Both the position numbers and the translations under genes were made by a program. Positions 12,777 through 32,037 of a DNA stretch of 64,000 nucleotides are shown here, in pieces. The stretch's first letter is position 1; each line of letters begins with the position of its first letter. The DNA is from Balamuthia mandrillaris (taxonomy: Eukaryota): positions 310,001 to 374,000 of the forward strand of contig JAVKOQ020000004.1 in assembly GCA_031835245.2 (NCBI GenBank). The letters are read 5' to 3'. The notes beneath the pieces were generated by a model. It was given only the letters and a program-made list of their open reading frames with translations, made no database searches and was not told the DNA's origin.

Positions 12777-15517
12777 TCACTTCATTCTTCCGTATTGTTG
12801 TGCAGTATCTTCCGCTGTTCTTTCGGTTCGTCCGGGTAATACATTCGAAGCATGCCACATCGAGCCATAGTGCTGCTGCTCCTCCAATGCTGATTTTGGA
12901 AAGGTAGATGGGACCTCGCCGCCACGAGTTGCAGCCATCATTCCATAATGACCACTATAACTCGTTTCGCCAGAGACAACAGACGACGTTAATAATGGTG
13001 ACGGTGCTCCTAGCAATTCTGCCATGCTCCCATATATCTCTCTTGTCAGTTCAGCGTTCTCCGCTCCTTCTCCGCCCATTCCAGCATACATGTACGGTTC
13101 TTCTTCTCCTTCTTCCTCCTTTTCTTTTTCGTTTTCACCTTCTTTCGTTCTAATTGTGGTTATTGTTGGTGCTGACAATACATCCGACAAAAAGCCATAA
13201 TGTTGTTGACCACTTTCGCAAGATGCAGAAGAGAAAGCCGAAGAAGGCATTCCAACCTTCTCCCTTGAAGAGGCTACTTGTTGTGCCAACTGCCTCTGCA
13301 TCTCTTGCTTCTTCTCCTCCCGAAAGTTGGCCGCAATTGCATACATCTCGCTGCGCGGATTGCAATAAGGCACTCGCAACGTTTGAGGGTAGGCTTTCAC
13401 GACCGCTTGCAGAGAGGCATAAGAGCGACCCTCATGCTCGAAGGACACTGGCTTGCCGTTCGGTCGCATGTTCTTCTCAATGAGACCATGCCCCACGCTT
13501 CCATCCTCCAGCACGTAGGAAGAGGCAAAGTGAGGTCGACGCGTGCTAAAGCGAATGAGGAACGTGCCGGCTGCTTGCCCTGCCAATAGATCTTCTGCCT
13601 CTTGGCTTGTTACGTCGCCGTGGAACCAGCTGCATGAAGGAGTAGAAGAAGAAGAAAAGGAGAATCAGACGAACGAGAAGACAAGCAGAAAAGGAGAACA
13701 AATAACGAAGAGTAAGACAGGGAAGAACACCAGAACATGGAAGACATGAAGAAAGGACCAAGAGGTAAAGACACAAAAACAAATGCACTACCTCTCTCCC
13801 ACAAACTCAGCCTGAAAGGCAATCCTAAAGGCCTGCGGATACCTCTTAACCACCTGCCTAATGTTGGCAAACTTCTCATACTCTGCATCCTTTACCTGCG
13901 CCCTCACTCCATAGTGCCCATCCGGCTGTACCAAAACCGAGAGCACCTCCCAAGCATTCTCCTTTGATGACGAGGAAGAAGGCTTTACGACGGAGAGAGC
14001 AAACGAGGCAGGGCGAGAGGCGCTGAGGCGGACGAGGAAGGTGCCTGGCGGTTCGCCTTCCAGCAGTTGCTGCGTTTCTTCTCGACTCAAAAAGCCGTGA
14101 AACCATCTGCACAACCAGTTGTGTTTACAACGCCGTTAAAAGTGAAGAGGCGAAGCAGAAGCAGAAGCAGAAGCAGAAGCAGAAGCAGAGACAGACGCAT
14201 GAGGAGAAAAGAGAACGAGCTAACTTGCCTTTTGCTGAACAACCGTTTGACGTTGGCAATAACATCGCGGAGAGGACCCCACCCGGACAGAAACTCTTCA
14301 AACTTGGCCACCGTTACTCCGCCCGTTCCGCTCGAGTCTGGGTTTTTTCACGTGCGCCACGATAAGTTACAAGGCAGGAGAGGTGTTCAGCAACAAAGAA
14401 AACGCACCCATGATGTATTGCAACACTTTGCGCTCATCGTGCTTTAGTGGTGGAAGGCGCAACCATCGACGAAACTCCGTTTCGAACACGTCCCACTCCA
14501 CAAAGAATTGCTGCACAGAGACGAGGAGAAGAACGAGCAACGTAAGGCAAAGAGGAGAGAGGAGAAAAGAACGATGAAGAGAAGAGAGACCTCTCCAAAG
14601 ACTGCATTCCAGAAATGGCGGCCATCCGTCTCGTGCTCGGTTGTTGTGGGGAGAGAAGAAGAGGACGGAGCGGAGAGAAGCTCCGGCAAGCTTTCAAATT
14701 GTTGGACAGGCCTCCTCTGAGCAACAGAAGGCGCGCTGCTGCTGCTGATATTTACAGACGGCAATGTGGAGGAGGAAGGCTCGCTTCTGTCTGCAACAGC
14801 CGCACCCAGCACAGCATATTGGACTTGCTCATATCCTTCTTCCGGTTCCTGGTGAAGCTGGTCCAGAGGGATCTCCAGGTTTACAAAAGGTCGGTCCAGA
14901 CTGGCGTTGCAGGGTGCATCCGCTTTCTTCCAGCTTCCGCTCCTCTCTCTTGCACGAGACGACGTTGAATCCGAAGCTCTGTCCGTCGTCGAGATACCCT
15001 GAGAAGGTAAAGAAGAAGCAGACGAAGAAGAAACTGCATTCTCTCCGCCCTCTCGCTGTCTCGGCCCTCTGCCTTTTTCCCTCAACAATTGTTTTATCTC
15101 CTGGTTTCGAGCCAAACGCAACAACAGCTTCCCGATCTCTCGCTGCAGTTCTCCATGTTTCAAGTCCAGGTTTCTTCTCAGGTGCACGCTTGCCAAGGCT
15201 CTGAGGAGGACGTTCTTCTCGCTGAGCTTGGCCATTTTGATGAACAGGTGTTCCAGGTTGTTCTGGATCCTGTCCAAGGAGACCATGGTCTCCTCTTTCA
15301 AAGGCAGTTGGGGCAGCTCGTCCTTGAGCTTCTTGGCTTTGAGGAGCTTCTCCTGGATGGACATGAGGCCCACTTGAAACTCTCGCACATCCCCCGGAGA
15401 GGGATAATCCATCAGAAACCGTATGAGCTGCCTGTTGACGGAGATGCAGAGATCCAGCTTGAGCACCACTTCATCCCTCTCGCTGGCAGCTGCTGGCAGC
15501 ATGACTCTCTCCTCCAT
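12777..15517 (-). CDS. Tandem-SH2 protein: N-terminal helical bundle (MLKL/Cbl-like), EF-hand-like linker, two SH2 domains, Tyr-motif tail; 5 exons
   Basis: SH2-1 WFHGFLSREET..LL...PGTFLVRLS; SH2-2 WFHGDVTSQEAEDLL...GTFLIRFS; preceding FWNAVFG..VEWDVF and VTVAKFEEFLSGWGPL resemble the pre-SH2 EF region of Cbl/Dictyostelium Shk proteins. Confidence 0.88.
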
Positions 15518-15933
15518 GCCTCTCTCTCTTCCAGGGCAAGAGACCTTGCGCCGGTTGTTTCCTTGGTTTCGATATGTTCCCCAGAGACTGCTAGTTTATG
15601 TTATAGTTTGTCACTTGGCCCCAAGCCGCACTTTGATAAGGGAAAAAAATGTCGACTCCTACCGCGTCGTTTGGCGAAAGTAAAGGATTATTATTTCACC
15701 GGACCAGCAACACCACCTGGAGCTCGGGCTATCACCAGGGTTCTATGCCAGGCGGGCTAGGGTCTGCAGCCTTAGCTGCACCTGGTGGACGAACAAGGGC
15801 GAGTGCAAAGAATCTACATAAACAGAATGGGCAACGCTTCTTCGCCCCTTCATATTATATGTTAAAGCGCAAAAAGAACGATAAAACAACTAAAGCCACT
15901 GCTGTTGAATCCTTTCTTTTTATTAACGGCACC

Positions 15934-22276
<6,343 letters not shown>

Positions 22277-22325
22277 TTCTTTGTTTTTTTTTTTTTGTAA
22301 TTTTATTGTTCGGTTGATTTATTCA

Positions 22326-22338
22326 TGTCGTCACGAAA
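22326..22338 (+). promoter_or_regulatory. TGTCGTCACGAAA element in importin/CENP-P-like divergent promoter
   Basis: Lies in the about 180 nt gap between ATGs 22276 and 22456. Confidence 0.6.
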
Positions 22339-22455
22339 CGAAATTATTCTTCGAAACAGGTTTACAGCCGGCGGCGGTTCGACTCGGGCTGGACACGCAT
22401 TATTTTTTTTTAAAAAAAAAAGAAAAAAGAAAAAAGAAAAAAGTTTGCTGCTCCG

Positions 22456-24195
22456 ATGGAAGAACGAATCGAGCAACTGCGGGAAGAACTGCAAGCAGTG
22501 GAGCAGGCCTCTGTACGTTCCTCTTCTTCTTCCTCTTTTTTTCTCACACTTTGTTGACAAAAAAAAAGAAACATGATGAACAAGTGATTAAACGGTTACA
22601 AGCTCGTAGTCATGTTGAGTTTGATCTACAGGTATGCTGCCCTCGTTTTTATTTTCCCCTCGTTGTTTTCTGTTGTCTTTTCTTCTTCTTTCTTTTTTGC
22701 TTCTTGGGTTGAACTTGATGATTCGATTGTTCCAATGTTACGTTTGTAGTACGAAGCGGAAAAGCAATTGTACCTGGAGGCCATTGCTGCCTTGGAAGAG
22801 GATGTAACAAAACTCGAGGCTGAGCTTCAACAGCTACTCGACCAACAGGAAGAAGAGGCGTCCTCCGTTGTGAACGATGATCTGCTGTTGTCTAGCGACA
22901 TTGAAGATCTGTTGTTGTATGTCCTCCTCTGTTATTCTTGTTCCTCCTTTTCATCTTCATGTTCTTCTTCTTGAGCTTGTTCTTGTTCTTGTTCTTGTTC
23001 TTGTTCTTCTTCTTCTTCTTCTTCTTCCTCTTCCTCTTCTTGTTCTTCTTCTTGTTCTTCTTGTTCTTCTTGTTCTTCTTGTTCTTCTTCTTGTTCTTCT
23101 TCTTGTTCTTCTTCTTCTTCTTCTTCTTCTTCTTCTTCTTCTTCTTCTTCTTCTTCTTTTTCTTCGTCTTCTCTCACTCCAATGAAACACCAAAAAAAAA
23201 GCCTACAGCGGGAGGAAGAGAGAGCAGAAGCGGAAGAAGAGGCCTCGTCGCAACAGCGAAAGCGAAAGAAGAGAGACGTTGAAACGGCCACAAGCAAAGA
23301 AAGTGATGGCACCAAAATAAAGAAAAAGCGGCAAAGCGACAACGGGAGTGATCCATTTAGAGCTCTCCTTTCCGTCGTCACTGGTCTCTCATTCACGCAC
23401 CACTCCACCCGATTGACCACCACAAACTCAGGAGGTAACCTCTCTTTCCTTCTCTTCTTCTTGCTTACTTCCCTTGCCTTCTTCACACTTTACCTTGCTC
23501 TAACCAAATAATAAGTCTTCATTCGTAAGTACAAGACGCAAGGCCACAGCTTTGGCATCCCCTTCGAGGTACTCTTCTCTCTTTCAGAGGAGCACCCACA
23601 AGCGCAAGACCTGAAGATACGAGTTCCCACTCACGTTCGCCGCGAGTTAAGCCCTTTACTCTCAAGGTAACATCTTTTGTTGCTCTCTCTCTTTCTCTCT
23701 CTCCCTCCCTCATGCTAAACCCTATGAAGAGCGGAGAGCACAGGAGCCATCTATCTGTCTTGCGGCGAGTGCTCCTCCTTTTGTTGTATCTATCCCGTCA
23801 AACCGTACGAGAGAACCCTTCTGCCTTCTTTCCTTCTTCTTCTTTCTTCTCACTCCTCTTCAAATCACTTTGCGCAGACGATCGGACCCTTCTCTGTTGT
23901 TCGTGTGGTCGCTGGAGTTCACCACGTCGGATCCCTTTCCTCGCCTTCGCCAAACCATAAACTTGCTCCCCAAAGTTTCCAAACAATGTAACCCTTCCTT
24001 CTTGTTCTTCTTCTTTCTTCCTTCCTCGCTTCTAAAAACCAAAACAAAAAAATAGGCATGGAAGAAGCGGCATGGCTTTCAGGGCTACCGCAACGCTTTG
24101 CCGTATTGGCCAAACGCAAGGGAATAGCAGAGGCTCTTCTCCTTGTCTGCTCTTTGGCTCTCCAACCTGCTTCTGCTCCACCAAACACGAAATAA
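22456..24195 (+). CDS. CENP-P-like kinetochore protein (N-terminal coiled coil plus tandem RWD-like region), multi-exon
   Basis: Spliced product: coiled coil, VTGLSFT, GHSFGIPFEVLF, DLKIRVP...RELSPLLSRAE, LLFVWSLEF, INLLPKV, LPQRFAVLAKRKGIAEALLLV; the order resembles CENP-P as I recall it. Confidence 0.55.
22978..23160 (+). repeat. (TTC/TTG)n microsatellite in CENP-P-like intron
   Basis: Visible directly. Confidence 0.93.
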
Positions 24196-24240
24196 CCAAG
24201 CTTTCAAACACGAGAACAAAAAGTTTTTTGTTGTTGTTGT

Positions 24241-24858
24241 TTACAGACCTTTTTCCTTCTCAGGATCATACTCGAAAGGTTCAGGTGGTTCGGGCTCGTT
24301 CTCCTCGTCATCGTGCTCTCCAGTGGGCGGCTTCGCGGGCGTAACAAACACTTCCTCCTCTCCCGGTCGGCTGTCCTTCAAGAGAACGATGCCCAGCGCT
24401 CCTTCCTGCTTGATGGGAGTGTAACGCTCGTCTGCATCGAAGCTCAAGTATCGCACCTGCTGTACGGTCACTCGTGCTGGGTTCTCCAGGATTTGGAACT
24501 CGGGCTCGGGTTCCTGTTCTTTCTCCTTTTCTTTCTCCTTCTCTTGCTTCTCTTGCTCCTCCTGCTGTTTCTTCTTTTGCTCCTCCTCCTCTTCAGCCTT
24601 CTTTGTGGCTTCTACGTCCATGGCGGATTGTCTTTCCTTCTCCTTCTTGAGCGCGCGAATCTTGGCCTTCTTTGTAATGGAGAGCTCAGCGGCTTGCACC
24701 TTCTTGGGGGCTTTTGTCTCTGGGGGCTTCACCTTTGGTGGATAGGCGAACAGAGAAGGACGAGCGTTTGACTTGAACTTGAAGACAGGCATCTATTTCG
24801 TGGTTTTTGTTTCTCCTTCAGTATTGCTACACCAGAAGAAGAGAAAAGTAGGAACGAG

Positions 24859-24893
<35 letters not shown>

Positions 24894-27800
24894 GTGTACC
24901 TTCAAGTCTTTGTTAAGACTAATGAGGGCAGTGGGTCTGAAGGCCAGGCACAAGAAATGGGCCAACGGATGCCAATACCAATACTGCGTGAAGACAGCTA
25001 AGCCCACAATGGCCGTCATGTCGCTGTGGCCAGCAATGCTTTGTGGAGAGATGGTGCTGTTGCGGCCGGAAGCATCAATGATGCCGGAGGCGAGGCACGC
25101 TCCAAACTTGCACATGATATCCTCGTGCTTGTCCGAGATCTTATCGGCAAAGAGCTTGCGGATCTTCTCCACGCGGGGCTCCTGTGCGTTTGACGTCTGG
25201 ATGAGAACCATGGCAAGCGCGATGAGGGCTCCTTGACGCACAAAGTCGACAGGGTCGTTTGCCAATGGCTCCAACAGGTCGACGGCCTCCTTGAGTCCGG
25301 TGCCTGCGCAGGAGATACCGACGGCCAGAGTGGCACCGTAACGCACGTGGGGGTTGTAGCTCTCAGCCAAGAGGGATACCAACTTGGGGCATTGCTTGGG
25401 TTGTTTGAAGAGGAGGAAACCCAGAGCAGTCACCGCGGCGCGGCGAACGTCGTCAGAGACGTCGCTGACAGCCACGTGGAGGAGCCTTCGGATGGCGTTG
25501 TTGTTGGCGGTACCGGCGTAGGCAAGAGCGATGGTGTACATGCCGCCATAACGAAGGATGGGATCCTTATCGCGGGTAAGTTGCTCGATGAGAGTGTCGG
25601 CACCTTCCTCACGGCCATACATGATCAAAGCGATACCGATGGCCAAGCCACGGATGATCTTCTCGTGCTGCGTGTCGTGAGCATAAGTCAACATGTCGGC
25701 CAGCGCAGACTCCGAGGCGGAGCCCAACATGATGAGGCCCATTGCCAAGCCAGCAGCCTCTCCAGCCACAGCGCTGTCCGTGTATAGGATTTGATTTTTC
25801 AGATCCTCAAAGATCTGGACATCTCCAGTGGCCATGGCAGCAACGCCGAGACCAAGGCAGGCTCCGTGTTGCACAATCTCGTTGGTGCCGGCGTTGGCCA
25901 GCGCAGTCTTTAGGTAGTCAGTGATGCCCTCGCCGTGATTGGCGTGGATGAGACCAAGAGCGTAGAGGGCACCTCCCTCAGAGTAAGGGCTTCCAGGAGA
26001 GCCCGGTTTAGGCAGATAAGGCGCTAAGATGTTCTTGCTCTCTTGGTAGTGACCCTATACCATGGCTGAGTTTAGGAAAAAAGGTGACGGAATGAGAGAG
26101 AAAGAGAAACCTTTTGGATTACACCAAAGCTGGCGGTTGTTGTGAACTTGGACCAATTGGTGGCTCTGGACAGCCACTCCAAGTTGTCTCGCAGGAAGAA
26201 GTCGTTGGTGGTTCCAGCATTCATGAAGCTGTGACAAATAATGATAGCAGAGTAAACAACGGAGCTGCGCGATTCGAGAGCGCTCTGTGTTGTGTAAAGC
26301 ATTCATATAAATAATTAAAGTTATAAACCTGAAGTCAAAGCAAATAAACTGTACCTTGATGTTCTTAAGTACAAGAGGATCTCTGTGATTGTTTCTATGC
26401 AAGAACTCCAAGAACAGATTTGTTGAAGTGGTGCCAGAGAGAATAGTCTTCAGATTTTCAAGGTCTGGGTCGTTAGATTTGTTCTCCTTGCTTTCGTCTT
26501 TCTTTTCCTACAAGAAGAATGAAATCAGCACAAAGAAGGAAACAAATATGAAAACAACAACACCATGAGACATTGCTGGATGAAAACTCACCTCTTCCTT
26601 TTTAGTCTCGGAAGGAGTGACGACGTCCATAGAGTCGTCCCCATCACCCTCCTCCTCCTGTTTAGCACCGCGTTTCTGTTCTTGCTCTTGTTTTTTCTGA
26701 ACCATCTCAGCATAGTACTGCTGGATTCTTCGCTGCTCAGAGTCACCTTCCAGCTTTGCGCTTACACCTTGCTGCACCTCCAAACGAAAGTATTGAGAGG
26801 CATTCTCGCACAGGTCAAAGGCAATCTGGTAGGCGGTAAGTTTCTCGTTTTCGTTTCCTCTCAGCAAGTTGCAAAGAATATCAGCAACACCCTTTGAGTC
26901 ATCCAAGAAGATGAGGATCTCTGAAATCCTGATCCAGTCGGGAATCTCCAACTCGCGGTAGAGCTTTACAAGTAGTTGGAAAACCTACATAGAGAACAAA
27001 AAATGGTCACCAAAACACAAAGAGGGTAACGCAGGAGAATGAAAGGGAGAGAGAGAGGGAGAGAGAGAGAGAGAAAGAGCGGAAGAGCGAGAGAGAACAT
27101 TTGACATCGCTTTGCACAGCAGCAAGGGAGGTGGGAGAAAGAAAGAGAGATAAGGAGAAAAGAAGAGAACGACAAAAAGAAGTGTGTACCGTGTGTCGGA
27201 AGTCACGATTAGTGACCAAATCCATGCAAACATTGAAGCAGTATTTGAGCATAGCGAGCTGGTTGCCAGAGAGTTTGATTGCTTCCTCCAACTTGTCCAA
27301 CCGCCTGGCCTCCAAGGCAATGCCAATGGCGTACTCAAAGTCTGCTGCCTCGTAGCTGTGTGCGAAGACGCTGTCCACGATCTTTTCCAAGCCTTCCAGC
27401 GGCACTTCCTGCTCCTTTCCTTCAGTGCGCTGTCTGACATATTCATCGATGCATTTGGCTGTCGTGATGTTTAGAAGGACAATAAATCAATAGATTTAAA
27501 AAGAGAGAGCGAAAGAAGAAGGAAGCGAGGGAAGGAGCAAACGTACAAACAAGAGTGCTCACATATTGAGAGGGCTCGTTGATGTCGAACAACTTGCCTG
27601 CAGCAAGAGCGTAGGTCATGGCCGACTTGAAAGAGTCGATGTGGTAGTAAACCTTGGAGGCGACCAACGCTGCCAGTTCTCTAGCCTGAAAGCCTTCATT
27701 CTCATAGAGCATCTCACTGACAGTGGCGAAAAACAAAACAAAGGGGAGAGCGAGCGAGTGAGAAAACGAAAAGAGAGAGAGAGAGAGAGAGAGAGAAAAT

Positions 27801-27977
27801 GAATCTTTGACAGTAAGCAAGAGAAGCCTAGTACATGTTTTCGATAGAGTCAGAGATCTCAGCCCAGAACTCATCCACCACCTTGTTGAGGTTCTCCAAC
27901 GCATAGATTTGAAGCTTGGGGTCTTCCTCCTCCAGCAAGGAGAGGAACCCGCTCGCAGAGGTTAATCCTGACGCCAT
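24241..27977 (-). CDS. PSMD1: 26S proteasome regulatory subunit Rpn2/PSMD1, multi-exon
   Basis: [44 protein letters not shown] repeats ([42 protein letters not shown]), [17 protein letters not shown]. Confidence 0.97.
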
Positions 27978-28136
27978 GTGTAAGTGAGGGTGCTTGCTAC
28001 TTGGTTGTTTTTTTTTATTTTTGTTTCTGCTCTCTCCCTCTCCCTTTTGCACAGCGGTCACCACTGCTTCTTTTGCCAGAAAACAAAAACACACCACCGA
28101 GTGGCTTGCCAACGAGAAACGAGGTGGCCGAATATG

Positions 28137-28144
28137 TGTCGACA
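28137..28144. promoter_or_regulatory. TGTCGACA element in Rpn2/SAC divergent promoter
   Basis: Palindrome between divergent ATGs at 27977 and 28448. Confidence 0.5.
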
Positions 28145-28447
28145 TCACATGAGGAGGCACTGACACTGTGGCGCAAGTAAAAATGACTCCTCGTGTTTGT
28201 CGGCAAAAATCTTCCCACAATGAAAAGAAGAGTTTGAAACGAGACTTGAACAGAGTGGACAGAGACAACACTGTTGTCCAGGTCCATCGCACTTACACAC
28301 CGTGTAACAGAGCGGTATCGTTTCTTGTGCATGCCTATAGCAAGCGATTGGCAACCCAAAGAAAGAGACAAAACGGAGAGGAGGAGGAGAACAGACGCAC
28401 CTCAACGCAAGTTCAACGCCTCAAAAAACAAACAACAAACACCAGGC

Positions 28448-31400
28448 ATGCAAGGCGGAGGGGAATGGTACGACGTCTTGTTCCAAACCCTGACGTCGCC
28501 TCGCTCCACCGCACAAAGTGGGGCCACCACGGCTTCCACCGCTGCTTCTTCTTCAGCTGCTAGTGGCAGAAACTCTCCTTCCTCCTCCTCCTCTTCTCTG
28601 TTTGGAGGAGGTACTACTGCTGCCTCAACGACCCAACGTTCTTCCTTGGCTCTGTCCTCTTCTTCTTCTTCTTCTGCAAGTAATGCCTCCGCCTCAGCGC
28701 AGGAGCTCAAATCTCCCAACCGCCCCTTTGAGCGCTTTTACTGCCATCAAACGGTGGACCAGGTCATCCTCGAGTGCGTGCAGGCGCAGACCTCCTTGGT
28801 GCTGAGCGACCCCGTCGGCCTCTCCCAGCCCAAAGTCAGCCTGGACAGGCTGAAAGGCGACCTTCACGAGAGTGAGTGCTTTGCTCCCTCATCGAACAAA
28901 TAGCCTTTTCTTCTTCCTTTCCTTTCCTACTCACTTTCTTTCTTCCTATCTTTCTTTCTCTCATGACGTCAAAGGCTTTCCCTACTTACCGACAGATCAG
29001 GCGTTTGAGGCCTACGGCTGTTTGGGAATCATGCACCTCATCTCTGGTTTCTATCTTCTTCTCTCTTGTCGTTTTTTCTTTTTGTTCAGTTGCTTTCTTG
29101 CTTCTTGCTTCTTGCTTTCCTCAGTTCTTCGTCTCTTTAACTCTGTCTATCTGTCTTATTTAAAAAACAAAAACACATTCAAGCATGTTATTTGGTGCTC
29201 ATCACACAGAGAGAGGAAGTGGGACGCATTGGACAGGCGGTCGTTTGGAAGGCCACCAAGTGCACCGTCGTTCCCATTCCTCGCAGTTCTGGCTTTGTCG
29301 ACGAGGAAGAGGTTTGTCACATGTCTTCTTTCTTCTTCTCCTCCTCCTCCTTTTCTCGTTCTCGTCTCTTTTTTTCTTATTCTTATTCTTATTCTTATTC
29401 TTATTCTTATTCTTATTCTTATTCTTATTCTTATTCTTCTTCATCTGGCAAACCACAGAAACGAACGGAAAGAAACTATCTCAAATATCTCACCTCCTTT
29501 TTGGATGACGCAGAGTTCTATTTCAGTTTCGACTATGATCTGACGCGTAATTCTCAGTACCAATACAACATGACGCCACAGGAAAAGGCACTGCCCCTTT
29601 GGCAGAGAGTGGACACTCGTTTCTTTTGGAACAGGTTCATCTCTCAGGACCTCATTGCACAAAATGTACGCTGCTCTCTCTGCCTCTCTTTCGCTATTTC
29701 TCATGTTTTTGTTTTGTGTTGTTATTTTGCTCCTCCAAACAATGCAGCTTCATAATTGGATATTGCCAGTAATGGACGGCTTTATAGAAGTTAAGCATTG
29801 CAGTGTAGAAGCTGCTTTGTTTGACTATATCATCATCTCGCGTAGATCTTGCACTAGAACTGGTTCGTGCTCTTCTCTTTCAGCCTATACTTTGTACAAA
29901 CATGACAATTGGTTTGGTTCTTTCTTGTATATTAATGTCTTTATTCTTCTTTTTTTATTTCCAGGTGCACGGTTCCAAACTAGAGGAGCTGATCCAATGG
30001 GAGAAGTGGCCAATTTTGTAGAAACAGAGCAGCTTGTACTCTACGGTAAAGTGGTTTCCTCCTTTGTACAAACACGTGGCTCCATCCCGGTCATATGGCA
30101 CCAAAAAGGCAAAGGCCTGAAACCCAAACCCATCGTTGAGAATTCGCTTTTCACCGTTCGTCATCTCCTCTCGTTTTCTTAACTCTGTAGTGTTAAATTG
30201 TTTCTCTTACTTTCTATTTCTTAGAGATCCGCTTTTCAAGCTCACTTTGAGGCTCAAATCCGCTATTATGGCGATCAAGTGCTCGTCAACTTGATCAACC
30301 AATCTGGACCAGAACATGATGTAGGCGAAGCCTATGAAGCTCAGGTCAACCTTCTTAATCATCCTCAAATAACGTATGTAGCAAAATTGTTTGCTTTGTT
30401 TTTGCTCTCTATTGTGTATTGTGTTGTTGTTTTATCTAACATTCAGCGGTCTAGATACTTTCCTTTCGATTTTCATGAACGCTGCAAGAACATGCGATAC
30501 GAAAACTTGGCCTACCTCATGAGTCAAGTTCAACCAGGATTAGAGAAAGCTGGGTATGTTTGGAGCGTGTGCATTCTTATTTATTTTGTCCAGAACCCGA
30601 TTTAATAGTCTGACATCCATTTCTGAACAACAGATACTTCTGGGCAGATGCGGAAGGTGTTATACTTCGTACCCAGACAGGTGTGGTACGAACCAACTGC
30701 ATTGATTGCTTGGACAGAACCAACGTAGTCCAGGTACTTTCTTTATTCTTCATTTTATCTTCCTCTTCTTCACAAAAGCTTCAATTTTTCGATATTTAAC
30801 ATCGTCTACACAGAGTCAAATCGCAAGACATATGCTTGTCCTCCAACTCAAAACGCTGGGCATTCTCTCCTTCATGAGCATTGAGGAGCTGCCAGAGCTG
30901 GACTTCATGCTAAAGAACGTCTGGGCGGACAACGCTGACTTCATGAGCAAGCAATACACAGGAACGGGGGCACTCAAGACCGACTACACTCGCACAGGAA
31001 AGCGGAGCGTCAAAGGCACAATGACGGACGGGGTCAACTCTGCCAAACGTTTCGTTAATAAGCAATTCAAGGACGACTACAAACAAATGTCGATGGATCT
31101 CTTTCTTGGGCGGTTCCTGGTGCAGAGAAGAGCCTACGATCCCTCCCTTTCTCCCGCGCTTTCCAATATGCAGCACGTAATGACGTCAACATCACCGGAG
31201 AGCAACAATACAGCCGCGCAACAACAACCAACTTTGGCCAAGGCTGACCGTGAGCTCCAGTTCTCTGCTTTGATATTGCTCAGTGCCGAGGATCCTTCGG
31301 ATCCTTACGAGGCCCGCAGCGGAGAGAGACATCCAGCCATCTTGGAATTGTGTCCTGCGAAGAATTCGCCTCGAGGCCTAGATAACACCAATCCCTTCCT

Positions 31401-32000
31401 TACTGAAGTCGAAGGTTCAAGCGATGGGGAAATCGTGTCCTACGTCATCCCGCTGCGCTCCACGAAACAGTTTGCCTTTTCCTCTTTGAGGCAGGTGATC
31501 ATACACCCGCGGTTCCATCGGTTGGTGGGCCTGCTTTTTGCTGCCAGCGCTCGTCCTTACTATTACATCTTCTCCTCTGTGAAAGGTTTTTACACCTCTT
31601 TTCCTTGTCCTCCTTCCCTATTTTGCTGAACTTTCTTGTTCATTCTTTGCAGAGAGAGCCCAATTTATTCAATCAATCCAGTCCTACATCCCTGATTTGC
31701 CTCAGTTTCCGGGGACGTCAGCGGACTTGTTGCCTTCGCTCTCTCCCTCACTTCAAGACGCTCAATGGGCTGAAAAGCTTGGTGTCTTTGTTGGTACCTG
31801 GGATTTAGGTATTGCTATCTCGTTTATTTCTTCTATTTATTTAGTTTGCTTTTTGCCTTTCAATTATTCACTCTTTCTAATTATCATGATTCGCGGTGAA
31901 TATAGCGGACCAAGGACCTGCTTTGAATTTGTCATGGATTAGTAAAGGCCACAACCTCTACGTTATCGGCGTTCAGGTTGGTCTTTCTTTGCTTTTCTTT

Positions 32001-32037
<37 letters not shown>

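Noticed and set aside
24910..25787. Long plus-strand ORFs opposite Rpn2 (similar cases opposite NUBP1, Rap1 and RPS5)
   Set aside because: Antisense shadows of GC-rich coding exons with no recognisable protein features.
28964..31188. TGACGTCA copies at 28964 and 31181
   Set aside because: Inside an intron end and an exon; consistent with background frequency, not counted as promoter sites.
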